DNA of 64,000 nucleotides from an uncultured Bacillota bacterium (GTDB lineage Bacteria > Bacillota > Clostridia > Christensenellales > UBA1242), in assembly GCA_947053645.1 (NCBI GenBank), contig CAMRTM010000001.1, forward strand, positions 9,430-73,429. The letters run 5' to 3'. Every line of letters begins with the position of its first letter. Within the stretch, counting starts at the first letter, position 1. Shown here in pieces: positions 1 through 8,096 of this stretch. The translations under genes and the position numbers were made by a program. Below the pieces are notes generated by a model. It saw only the letters and a list, made by a program, of their open reading frames with translations. It did no database searches and had not been told where the DNA came from.

Positions 1-12
1 TAAAATTGAGTA

Positions 13-43
13 TTGACAAATCCCCCCCCCGCCATGCTATAAT
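13..43 (+). promoter_or_regulatory. Sigma-A-like promoter with a C9 tract in the spacer: TTGACA (13-18), 19-nt spacer, TGcTATAAT (35-43)
   Basis: Consensus -35 TTGACA and extended -10 TGCTATAAT read directly. The C9 run at 22-30 lies inside the spacer. An AAAGGAG RBS and the ATG at 71 follow. Confidence 0.7.
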
Positions 44-70
44 ATAGCTATAAAGAAAGGAGAAAGACAA

Positions 71-523
71 ATGACAGGGAAAGAAGCAGCTATTTTTGTT
101 AGCGGGGTTGTAATTTCATTTGGTGTACTTGGAGGCGGAACTGTTTGGCATCTCTTAAGCAACTTAACAATGCAAAATACTTTAATGTATTACATGAATT
201 CAGCAGAATACCGCCAAGCATGTAATACTGCAGAAGAAAAGTTAAAGACACTAGAAGATGCAATGACTTCAAACAGCGATGCTGAAAAAATTGCTGAACT
301 TGCCAAGCAGTACAACGATTTTAAAGCTAAGTATGAAAGTCGAGACTTTGTTATAGAAAACTTGAAGCAAAACGAACTTGGTAAGGTATACGCAAAAGCA
401 GAGAATGGATATATTGCATCCACGATGATGATGATAATGTCCGGTATGGCAGAAGGTGCATTTGTAATGCTACCACATGTATTCAATAGCAAAAAAGTTG
501 TAGAGGAAGACGACGAAATGTAA
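71..523 (+). CDS. Small membrane protein, hypothetical (150 aa)
   Basis: Good RBS (aaaggagaaagacaaATG). N-terminal TM helix (AAIFVSGVVISFGVLGGGTVWHLL), a second hydrophobic segment near the C-terminus, and an acidic tail. I recognise no family. Confidence 0.6.
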   Translation: MTGKEAAIFVSGVVISFGVLGGGTVWHLLSNLTMQNTLMYYMNSAEYRQACNTAEEKLKTLEDAMTSNSDAEKIAELAKQYNDFKAKYESRDFVIENLKQNELGKVYAKAENGYIASTMMMIMSGMAEGAFVMLPHVFNSKKVVEEDDEM

Positions 524-529
524 TAATAA

Positions 530-559
530 AACAAGTCATGAAAAGTGGCTTGTTTTTTT
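530..559 (+). terminator. Rho-independent terminator after the 150-aa ORF
   Basis: Hairpin acaagtc...ggcttgt followed by T7. Confidence 0.7.
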
Positions 560-687
560 AAAGTCATCTCTAATGTACATAAGATGAATTAAGTGGTACA
601 AAATAAGTGTATAAGATATGCCAAAAGAGGGGAATTTTGAAAAAAATAAAGATTTTTAAAATTTTTTGGAAAAATTTGGAATTCTAT

Positions 688-716
688 TTGACAACCTCCC
701 CCCCCCGTGCTATTTT
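688..716 (+). promoter_or_regulatory. Second promoter with a C9 tract in the spacer: TTGACA (688-693), 17-nt spacer, TGcTATTTT (708-716)
   Basis: Same architecture as the promoter at 13-43, and alignable with it (TTGACAA..TCCCCCCCCCG..TGCTAT). The C9 run is at 698-706. Confidence 0.65.
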
Positions 717-769
717 AGAACTATGGCTAAGGGTAGCCAAATGATTAAATAAATTAAAAGGAGGGTAAA

Positions 770-1468
770 ATGAAAAGTTTATTTAAATCAAAAAATTACA
801 TGATTGGAGCGATAGTAGCCGTATTGCTTCTAGTGCCTTGCATGTTTTTGCTTACTGCATGTGGCGGAAATACTGTAAAGGTGTCTACTTATGACGAACT
901 TGCAAATGCACTTGCTGGCAAGTGTGATACAATTGAAGTTACTGAAGATATTGATATGAAAGGACAATTAGAAGTGGGAAGAAAGGTTACTTTAAACCTT
1001 AATGGTAAAACACTTTCAAACTCAGCGGATATTTGGGATGACGGAGATAGCAAATCATGGTCATTAATTTCAGTTGGAGAGAATGGGCAACTTACAATCA
1101 AAGGTAATGGTAAAATGCTTGCAAAAGAAAATGATTGCTATGCATTTGATGTCCGTGACGGTGGCAAACTGACAATTGAAAACGGTGAATTTGTCGGCAA
1201 TATATCTGTAGTCTATGTGAACAAGGGTAGTGCTGAAATTAAAGGCGGAAAGTATTCGCTTGTACAACTTTCACCAGATGAGAGATTTACTTTAAACTGC
1301 CTTGACGCAAATTATAAAGAGGGTAGTGCTAAGATTGTTGTAACTGGCGGAGAGTTTAAAAACTTTAATCCAGCAGACTGCTTGGCAGAAGGCGAGGGGA
1401 CAAGTTTTGTTCCAGAAGGATACACTGCAAATCTTGTAGAAGGCTACTACAAAGTTGTAAAAGCTTAA
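770..1468 (+). CDS. Putative surface lipoprotein (232 aa)
   Basis: Signal peptide with lipobox LLTAC-GG. RBS aaaaggaggg. Repetitive G-x-L-T-I-x-N/G strands suggest a beta-helix-like fold. No named family recognised. Confidence 0.65.
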   Translation: MKSLFKSKNYMIGAIVAVLLLVPCMFLLTACGGNTVKVSTYDELANALAGKCDTIEVTEDIDMKGQLEVGRKVTLNLNGKTLSNSADIWDDGDSKSWSLISVGENGQLTIKGNGKMLAKENDCYAFDVRDGGKLTIENGEFVGNISVVYVNKGSAEIKGGKYSLVQLSPDERFTLNCLDANYKEGSAKIVVTGGEFKNFNPADCLAEGEGTSFVPEGYTANLVEGYYKVVKA

Positions 1469-1482
1469 AAAAATATACAATA

Positions 1483-1511
1483 AAACCTGCATTAAAGTGC
1501 AGGTTTTTTAT
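1483..1511 (+). terminator. Rho-independent terminator
   Basis: acctgc-attaaagt-gcaggt followed by a T-run. Confidence 0.8.
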
Positions 1512-1618
1512 ATTGCGTGTTTCTCTTTATTAAAAAAAATATTAAATTAATTAATATATAATTATTTGACAAAAGAGAAGCGAAAGGGGTATTATTAAGT
1601 ATATTTATAGGAGAAAAA

Positions 1619-2638
1619 ATGAAAGAGCAGTTGTTAAAAATTAAAGAAGACGCCCTTAAAGAATTAGGTGGGGTAAAAACCCTTAATGAACTTAATGAGT
1701 TAAGAGTAAAATATCTTGGAAAGGCAGGCGAACTTACCTTGATTTTGCGTGGTATGCGAGATGTTGCTCCAGAGCAGCGACCTATAATCGGCGCGCTTGT
1801 AAATGAAGTGCGTGAGACTTTGGAAAGTGCAATAAAAGAGCAGAATGACAAACTGGAACTTGAAGCACTTAATGCTCGCCTTGCAAGTGAAAGAGCAGAT
1901 ATAACTGAGCCAAGTAAAGGAAGTAAGAGGGGTGCGTTGCACCCAGTGACCCGCGTGCTTGATAAACTAATTTCCAGTTGTGTAGACATGGGGTTTAGTG
2001 TAGTGCAAGGTCCAGAAGTTGAAACTGATTATTACAACTTTGAAGCTATGAACATACCTAAAAATCATCCCGCAAGAGATATGCAGGACTCTTTCTATAT
2101 CACAGAGAATCTTCTTCTTAGAACTCACACTTCGCCAATGCAAGCGCGTGAACTTGAAGTAAGAAAGCCGCCATTTAAAATAGTTGTACCGGGGGCCACA
2201 TATAGAAACGATAGCGATTCGACTCATAGTCCAGTCTTCCACCAAATGGAAGGGCTTGTTGTTGACGAGCATGTTTCTATGGCCGACCTTAAGATTATGC
2301 TTAATGAACTTATGAAAAGACTTTTTGGCGAAAGCACAAAAACAAGGTTTAGACCTGCCTTCTTCCCATTTACAGAGCCAAGTATTGAACTTGATGTAAC
2401 TTGCCCAACCTGCCACGGCGAAGGTTGTCGCATCTGCAAGGGTACTGGCTGGCTTGAACTTTTAGGTGCGGGGGTGGTAAACCCTAAAGTGCTTGAAATG
2501 AGTGGGGTAGATAGTAAGAAATATAAAGGCTTTGCTTTCGGAATTGGAATAGAGCGTCTTGCAATGGTGCTTAATGGAGTGCCAGACCTAAGGACACTTT
2601 TCAAAAATGATATTAGATTTTTAAATCAGATGAGGTAA
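1619..2638 (+). CDS. pheS: Phenylalanine--tRNA ligase alpha subunit
   Basis: 339 aa. Class II aaRS motifs (FRPAFFPFTEPS, GFAFGIGIERLAM). Immediately followed by pheT. Confidence 0.97.
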   Translation: MKEQLLKIKEDALKELGGVKTLNELNELRVKYLGKAGELTLILRGMRDVAPEQRPIIGALVNEVRETLESAIKEQNDKLELEALNARLASERADITEPSKGSKRGALHPVTRVLDKLISSCVDMGFSVVQGPEVETDYYNFEAMNIPKNHPARDMQDSFYITENLLLRTHTSPMQARELEVRKPPFKIVVPGATYRNDSDSTHSPVFHQMEGLVVDEHVSMADLKIMLNELMKRLFGESTKTRFRPAFFPFTEPSIELDVTCPTCHGEGCRICKGTGWLELLGAGVVNPKVLEMSGVDSKKYKGFAFGIGIERLAMVLNGVPDLRTLFKNDIRFLNQMR

Positions 2639-2643
2639 GAAAA

Positions 2644-5034
2644 ATGAAAGTAACATACAATTGGCTAAAGGAATTTGTAGATATTGACATCTCAGCGGAA
2701 GAACTTGCGAAGCGTCTTACAAATGCCGGTATGGAGGTAGAAGAACTTGTTTATCAAAATGAGCATCTTCATCATGTTGTTGTCGGAAAGATTTTGAAAA
2801 TAGACCGCCATCCACAGGCTGATAAATTAGTTGTTTGTCAGGTTGATATTGGAAGCGAAGTGACCCAGATTGTTACTGCGGCAACAAATGTCTTTGAAGG
2901 TGCATTAGTGCCAGTAAGCCTTGCTGGTGCTGACTTATGCAATGGAATTAAAATAGAAAAGTCCAAACTAAGAGGTGTGGACTCTTTTGGTATGTTCTGT
3001 AGTGGCGAAGAACTGGGCATCGATGACAATTACATCGAAGGTGCAAGCGTCAATGGTATTTTAATTCTTCCAGAGGATTTTGTTGTTGGAACTGCAATTG
3101 ATAAGGCGCTTGACCTTGATGATGTTATCTTTGATATAGGCGTGACACCAAATAGGTCAGATTGTATGAGTGTGATTGGTATTGCGCGTGAAGTATGTGC
3201 AGTGCTTGGAAAGACAATGAAAGAGATAGACCTTTCGTATAAAGCGAATGGTGATGATGTAAACAACCATGTGACGGTTAATGTCCTTACTGATAATTGT
3301 CATAGATATATGGCAGGTTATATTCGTGATGTAAAAATCGAACGCTCGCCAATGTGGGTAAGGCGTAGACTTAATGCGGTAGGAATCAAGCCTATTAACA
3401 CGCTTGTCGATATTACAAATTATGTCCTTGTTGAAATGGGACAACCGCTTCATGCTTTTGACGGAGCGCTATTAGTAAATAATCATATAATTGTCCGTCA
3501 GGCTGAAAAGGGGGAGCGATTAGAGTGCTTAAACCATAATGAGTATTCGCTAGACTCTGAAGTAATGGTAATTGCTGATGAAGAAAAACCGGTAGTTATT
3601 GCTGGTGTGATTGGCGGAACGAACTCTTGTATTAATGAGAATACCTTCTGCTGTGTCCTCGAATCTGCTGTGTTTGACTTGAAAAGCATTAGACTTACAA
3701 GTAAGCGTTATGGTGTGCGTACGGACTCTTCCGCACGATACGAAAAAGGTGTAAATGTCGCTTCCGCTGAAGACGGCATAAAACGCGCGCTTCATCTTGT
3801 AGATAAAATGGGTTGTGGTACAATTTCAAAGGGGCTTATTGACCTTAAACAGAAAGAAAATGAAACTAGACGGTTAGAAGGTTCGATAAATGAGATTGAT
3901 AAAATTTTAGGTATAACGGTAGAACCTAAGATTATGAAACGCATTTTGGATGGGCTTTCTATAAAAACAGAAATTGAAGGCGATAAACTTATATGTGAAG
4001 TGCCTCCATATCGCGAGGATATTGAAAATAATAATGACCTTGCCGAAGAGATTATTCGTTTCTATGGCTATGATAAATATGATGAACTTGGACTTGCACT
4101 TTTTGCAAATGCAAGTGTAACGGAAGGGCGTGAACTTCCAAGGATGTCGCTTGAAAATAAAATGAAAAATGTACTTGTAGATAATGGATTCTATGAAACA
4201 TTGAATTTCTCGCTTTGCCCACCAGATGTTTGTGATAAACTTCTTATAAACGATTTACGCAAAGAGCATGTAACTATAACAAATCCTATTTCTGAGGATA
4301 TTTCCTGTCTTCGTACAAGTATGGCACATGCACTTCTTGTTGACCTTGAAACAAACCTTAAAGTCGGAAATGAAGATATTCGATTGTTTGAAATAGGCAG
4401 AACTTATCATCCAAAAGAACTTCCTGTTCGTCATCTTCCAATAGAGAAAAATAGATTATCCTTCCTTGTAAATGAAAAAGGCTTTGATTTTTTCCATATG
4501 AAAGGATTAGTTGAAAACTTACTTTTAATAACTTCTGTAGAATATAAACTTGTTCGCTCGAAAGAAAATTATCTTCATCCAAACATAAGTGCAGATATAA
4601 TTTGTGGCGAGAATACAGTAGGCTGTTTTGGTAAAATTCATCCGCAGGTCGCTAAAAACTATGATGTTGACGCAGATACTTATTACGGTGAACTTGATAT
4701 GGACTATCTATCTCAGTATCAAGAAAAGGGATATTGCGTGAAAGCGGTTTCTAAATTTCCGATTGTAGAGCGTGATATCGCGGTTGTTGTCGATGAAGAC
4801 AAAACTTGTGAAGAGATTTTAGGTGCGGTTAAGTCGGCGTGTGGCAACCTTTGCTATAGCGTGAACCTGTTTGATATTTATAGAAGTGCCACTCTGGGCG
4901 AGGGCAAAAAGAGTATGGCGATAAAAATAAGACTTTCAAGCACTGATCATACACTTAAAGATGATGAAGTGAATGGAGTGATCAATAAAGTACTTAAAGC
5001 CCTTCAGTTTAGATTTGGGGCGGTTTTAAGATGA
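2644..5034 (+). CDS. pheT: Phenylalanine--tRNA ligase beta subunit
   Basis: 796 aa. N-terminal tRNA-binding OB domain (MKVTYNWLKEF...), B3/4 and B5 regions, and a C-terminal FDX-ACB-like domain. Confidence 0.97.
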   Translation: MKVTYNWLKEFVDIDISAEELAKRLTNAGMEVEELVYQNEHLHHVVVGKILKIDRHPQADKLVVCQVDIGSEVTQIVTAATNVFEGALVPVSLAGADLCNGIKIEKSKLRGVDSFGMFCSGEELGIDDNYIEGASVNGILILPEDFVVGTAIDKALDLDDVIFDIGVTPNRSDCMSVIGIAREVCAVLGKTMKEIDLSYKANGDDVNNHVTVNVLTDNCHRYMAGYIRDVKIERSPMWVRRRLNAVGIKPINTLVDITNYVLVEMGQPLHAFDGALLVNNHIIVRQAEKGERLECLNHNEYSLDSEVMVIADEEKPVVIAGVIGGTNSCINENTFCCVLESAVFDLKSIRLTSKRYGVRTDSSARYEKGVNVASAEDGIKRALHLVDKMGCGTISKGLIDLKQKENETRRLEGSINEIDKILGITVEPKIMKRILDGLSIKTEIEGDKLICEVPPYREDIENNNDLAEEIIRFYGYDKYDELGLALFANASVTEGRELPRMSLENKMKNVLVDNGFYETLNFSLCPPDVCDKLLINDLRKEHVTITNPISEDISCLRTSMAHALLVDLETNLKVGNEDIRLFEIGRTYHPKELPVRHLPIEKNRLSFLVNEKGFDFFHMKGLVENLLLITSVEYKLVRSKENYLHPNISADIICGENTVGCFGKIHPQVAKNYDVDADTYYGELDMDYLSQYQEKGYCVKAVSKFPIVERDIAVVVDEDKTCEEILGAVKSACGNLCYSVNLFDIYRSATLGEGKKSMAIKIRLSSTDHTLKDDEVNGVINKVLKALQFRFGAVLR

Positions 5035-6140
5035 TATACTTAGATAACGCTGGCACTACGCCTATGTTTGAAGGCGCGGTGGAAGAGTATAAAAAATATG
5101 CCTGTGATGTCTTTTATAATCCTTCTGCTGGCTATGGCGAGGCTATAAAGGTGTCTAGTGAACTTGGGGCTGCAAGAAAAGTTCTTCTTGATAAACTTGG
5201 TGCTGTGAAGGGAGATGTAATCTTTACTAGTGGTGCGACTGAAAGCAATAATCTGGCTATTCAAGGCAGTGAGCGAAGCGGTAAATGGGAGTATGTTTTC
5301 TCAGCAGGTGAGCATCCAAGCGTAAATAGCACGGCAAATAATCTTTTACAAAAAGGTCATATTGTACACTTTGTACCGCTAGGAAAAGATGGGCAAATTG
5401 ATTATAATAAACTTGAAAAGGTGTTGAATGAAAAAACAAGGCTTATTTCTCTTATACATGTAAGCAATGAAACTGGGGCAATAAATGATATTAAGCGTGT
5501 ATCATCCATTCGTGATAGGCTTGCTCCAAAAGCATTGCTTCATGTTGACGGAGTGCAAGCGTTCTGCAAGATTCCCTTCAGTGTGGAAGATTTAGGTGCT
5601 GACCTTTATACAATTTCCGCACATAAATTTCATGGGCCAAAGGGAGTGGGTGCGTTGTATGTGAAAAACCGAAATGGTCTAAAAAATATTGTCTTTGGTG
5701 GTGGTCAGGAAAGCGGGCTTCGCTCTGGTACTGAGAATGTTGCTGGTATTATGGCGATGAAATGGGCTGTGCAGCACATTGATACAAAGGCGAATTTGGC
5801 AAAAGTACAGTCCCTTAAAAAAGCATTCTTAAACGAACTTGAAGGAGATTGCAGAATTAAGGCACTTGAATTTGGAAGTCCGTATATAATTAGTTTAAGT
5901 TTTATGGGTGTAAAGGGGGAAACTCTTATGCGCGCTGTGGAAAATGAAGTTATAATCGGAACGGGAAGTGCCTGCTCGACAAGGTATGCAGGTAATCGCA
6001 TCTTGGAGCAACTTATTCCGCACGACCTGATCACTTCTAGTGTTAGGGTAAGTTTTAATGCTTATCTTACCGAAGAAGATGTAGTAAGGGCGGGACAAGT
6101 GCTTAAATGTGCATTTAAGAATTTACTGGAGAAAGTGTAA
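5031..6140 (+). CDS. Cysteine desulfurase (class V aminotransferase, NifS/IscS-like)
   Basis: 369 aa. PLP-lysine motif SAHKFHGPKG and active-site loop GSACS. Start overlaps the pheT stop (ATGA). Paired with thiI as in Bacillus nifZ-thiI. Confidence 0.9.
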   Translation: MIYLDNAGTTPMFEGAVEEYKKYACDVFYNPSAGYGEAIKVSSELGAARKVLLDKLGAVKGDVIFTSGATESNNLAIQGSERSGKWEYVFSAGEHPSVNSTANNLLQKGHIVHFVPLGKDGQIDYNKLEKVLNEKTRLISLIHVSNETGAINDIKRVSSIRDRLAPKALLHVDGVQAFCKIPFSVEDLGADLYTISAHKFHGPKGVGALYVKNRNGLKNIVFGGGQESGLRSGTENVAGIMAMKWAVQHIDTKANLAKVQSLKKAFLNELEGDCRIKALEFGSPYIISLSFMGVKGETLMRAVENEVIIGTGSACSTRYAGNRILEQLIPHDLITSSVRVSFNAYLTEEDVVRAGQVLKCAFKNLLEKV

Positions 6141-7291
6141 TGAAAAGAGTACTTTTATTAAGATTTGGAGAACTTTACCTTAAAGGTAAAAATCGCAACA
6201 TTTTTGAAGGGAAACTTGTCGCCAATATTAAGCAAAGTTTAATATGCGAGGAGTATTCTTTTCATTCAACTTTTGGAAGATATGTTGTAAGTGACTATGC
6301 CGAAGAGCGTGAAAGCGAAATTATAAGAAAATTAAAATGCGTGTTTGGGCTTTATAGTCTTTCGCCTGCAACCGAGGTGGAGGCGACAAAAGATGCAATT
6401 GAAACCGAAGTGAGAAAGATAAGAATAGAGCCTAAATCTTTTAAAGTGAATGTAAAGCGTGCTGATAAAAACTTTCCCATTTCTTCCATGGAGTTTGCGT
6501 CATATTTAGGCGGTGTGATACTTGAAAATAATAAGTGTGAGGTTGACTTGTATCATCCACAGGTAGAAGTGAATGTCGACATCCGTATGAATGGCAAGGC
6601 TTATATTTATTTTGAAAAAATTATTTGCCAAGGTGGGTTACCACTTGGTACGGCTGGCAAGGGGCTGTTACTACTTTCTGGCGGAATTGATAGCCCAGTG
6701 GCAGGGTATTTGGTTGCAAAGCGTGGGCTTGAAATCGAGGCGCTTCATTTCCATTCCTATCCTTATACAAGTGAAAGGGCAAAAGAAAAAGTGATTGAAC
6801 TCGCAAAAAAGCTCACTGCTTATTGCGGAAAAGTAAAACTTCACACTATCTCATTTACTAAGGTGCAAGAGGAAATACATAAACATTGTGCACCAGAGTA
6901 TATGATTACAATCATGCGTAGAATTATGATGAGGATTGCAGAGAGGATTTGTAAGGCGAATAATCTTGGCGCAATTATCACTGGTGAAAGTCTTGGGCAG
7001 GTGGCAAGCCAGACCATGCAAAGTATGACTGTGACGGGAGGTGTGATTGAAACTCTTCCAGTATTCAGGCCTTGTATTGCAATGGATAAGGAAGAGATTA
7101 TGACGGTGTCAAGAAATATTGATACCTACGATATTTCAATTCTGCCTTATGAGGATTGTTGCACAGTATTCCTTCCAAAGTTTCCGGTCATCAAACCTAC
7201 AATAGAAAGGGCAGAAAGGGAAGAGCGAAAGCTTAACCTTGACGGGCTTATTGAAGAGGCAATGGCAACGGAAGAGATTTTGATTATATAA
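6140..7291 (+). CDS. thiI: tRNA 4-thiouridine synthase ThiI
   Basis: 383 aa. THUMP-type N-terminus and PP-loop LLLSGGIDSPVA. Confidence 0.93.
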   Translation: MKRVLLLRFGELYLKGKNRNIFEGKLVANIKQSLICEEYSFHSTFGRYVVSDYAEERESEIIRKLKCVFGLYSLSPATEVEATKDAIETEVRKIRIEPKSFKVNVKRADKNFPISSMEFASYLGGVILENNKCEVDLYHPQVEVNVDIRMNGKAYIYFEKIICQGGLPLGTAGKGLLLLSGGIDSPVAGYLVAKRGLEIEALHFHSYPYTSERAKEKVIELAKKLTAYCGKVKLHTISFTKVQEEIHKHCAPEYMITIMRRIMMRIAERICKANNLGAIITGESLGQVASQTMQSMTVTGGVIETLPVFRPCIAMDKEEIMTVSRNIDTYDISILPYEDCCTVFLPKFPVIKPTIERAEREERKLNLDGLIEEAMATEEILII

Positions 7292-7308
7292 AATTTAGAA
7301 AAATAAAA

Positions 7309-7336
7309 AGGGGACTATTTAAGTCCTCTTTTTTTA
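7309..7336 (+). terminator. Rho-independent terminator after thiI
   Basis: aggggact-attta-agtcctct followed by T6. Confidence 0.8.
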
Positions 7337-7409
7337 CATCACATCTTCTTCTCCTTACTTGATTTTTATTATAACAGAGCGGGGCAAAGTCAATACCCAA
7401 TTTTTATTT

Positions 7410-7590
7410 TTTATAAAATGCATAAGCAGTTATAATTATAAATTTCATTTTTATAAATTTGCATAAAATCAAATTTATATAAAAAATGTGTGAATAAATA
7501 TGCAAAAAACGCTTGCATAATTATAAAAGATGATGTATAATAATGAAAAATGCATGAATAAACATAAATTTATAATTATGCATAATGGCT
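7410..7590 (+). promoter_or_regulatory. argR promoter/operator region: TTGCAT-17-TATAAT (7513-7541) flanked by ARG-box-like sites and a TGCAT(A/G)A array
   Basis: TGTGAATAAATATGCAAA (7489-7506) matches the ARG box TNTGAATWWWWATTCANW with one mismatch. CATGAATAAACATAAATT (7553-7570) is a weaker box. TGCAT(A/G)A occurs at 7419, 7460, 7514, 7551 and 7579. Palindrome TTATGCATAA at 7576-7585. Confidence 0.55.
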
Positions 7591-7634
7591 ACAGGCCCCG
7601 AAAATAAAGGGATGTAGCGATTGGAGGAAGAAAA

Positions 7635-8087
7635 ATGGCAAGAAGCGCAAGACAGTCAAAAATCTTGGAACTTATCTCTACAAAAGAGATTGAAACCCAA
7701 GATGAACTGGCAAGAGAACTTAAAAATGCAAACTTTGACATTACTCAAGCCACTATTTCAAGAGATATTAAGGAACTTGGACTTACCAAGATACTTTCTA
7801 GTTCTGGTAAATATAAGTACTGTTTTGTTGGTGGTGAAGAGCAGGTAATCTCCAATAAGTACATAACGATTTTTAAAGAGGCAGTAATCTCTGTTAAGAG
7901 TGCGCTTAATATAGTTGTAGTAAAAACTATCAAAGGTCTTGGTGCTGGCATTTGCAGTTTTGTAGATAAACTTAATCTTATAAATCTTTTGGGTGCCACC
8001 TGTGGAGATGATACAGTAATGCTTGTTTTCCCAACTACAACAGAGGCAAGTGAAGTTGTTGTAACCCTTAATGATATTCTCGCGTAA
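7635..8087 (+). CDS. argR: Arginine repressor
   Basis: 150 aa. Winged-helix N-terminus (ATISRDIKELGL) and C-terminal oligomerisation/arginine site (GATCGDDTVMLV). argR-recN-spoIVB synteny as in Bacillus (ahrC). Confidence 0.93.
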   Translation: MARSARQSKILELISTKEIETQDELARELKNANFDITQATISRDIKELGLTKILSSSGKYKYCFVGGEEQVISNKYITIFKEAVISVKSALNIVVVKTIKGLGAGICSFVDKLNLINLLGATCGDDTVMLVFPTTTEASEVVVTLNDILA

Positions 8088-8096
8088 GGAGATAAA

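Noticed and set aside
1512-1618. T-box leader upstream of pheS (and 12843-13013 upstream of serS)
   Set aside because: The leaders are only about 105 and 170 nt long. I could not find the T-box consensus (AGGGTGGNACCGCG-like) or a terminator/antiterminator pair.
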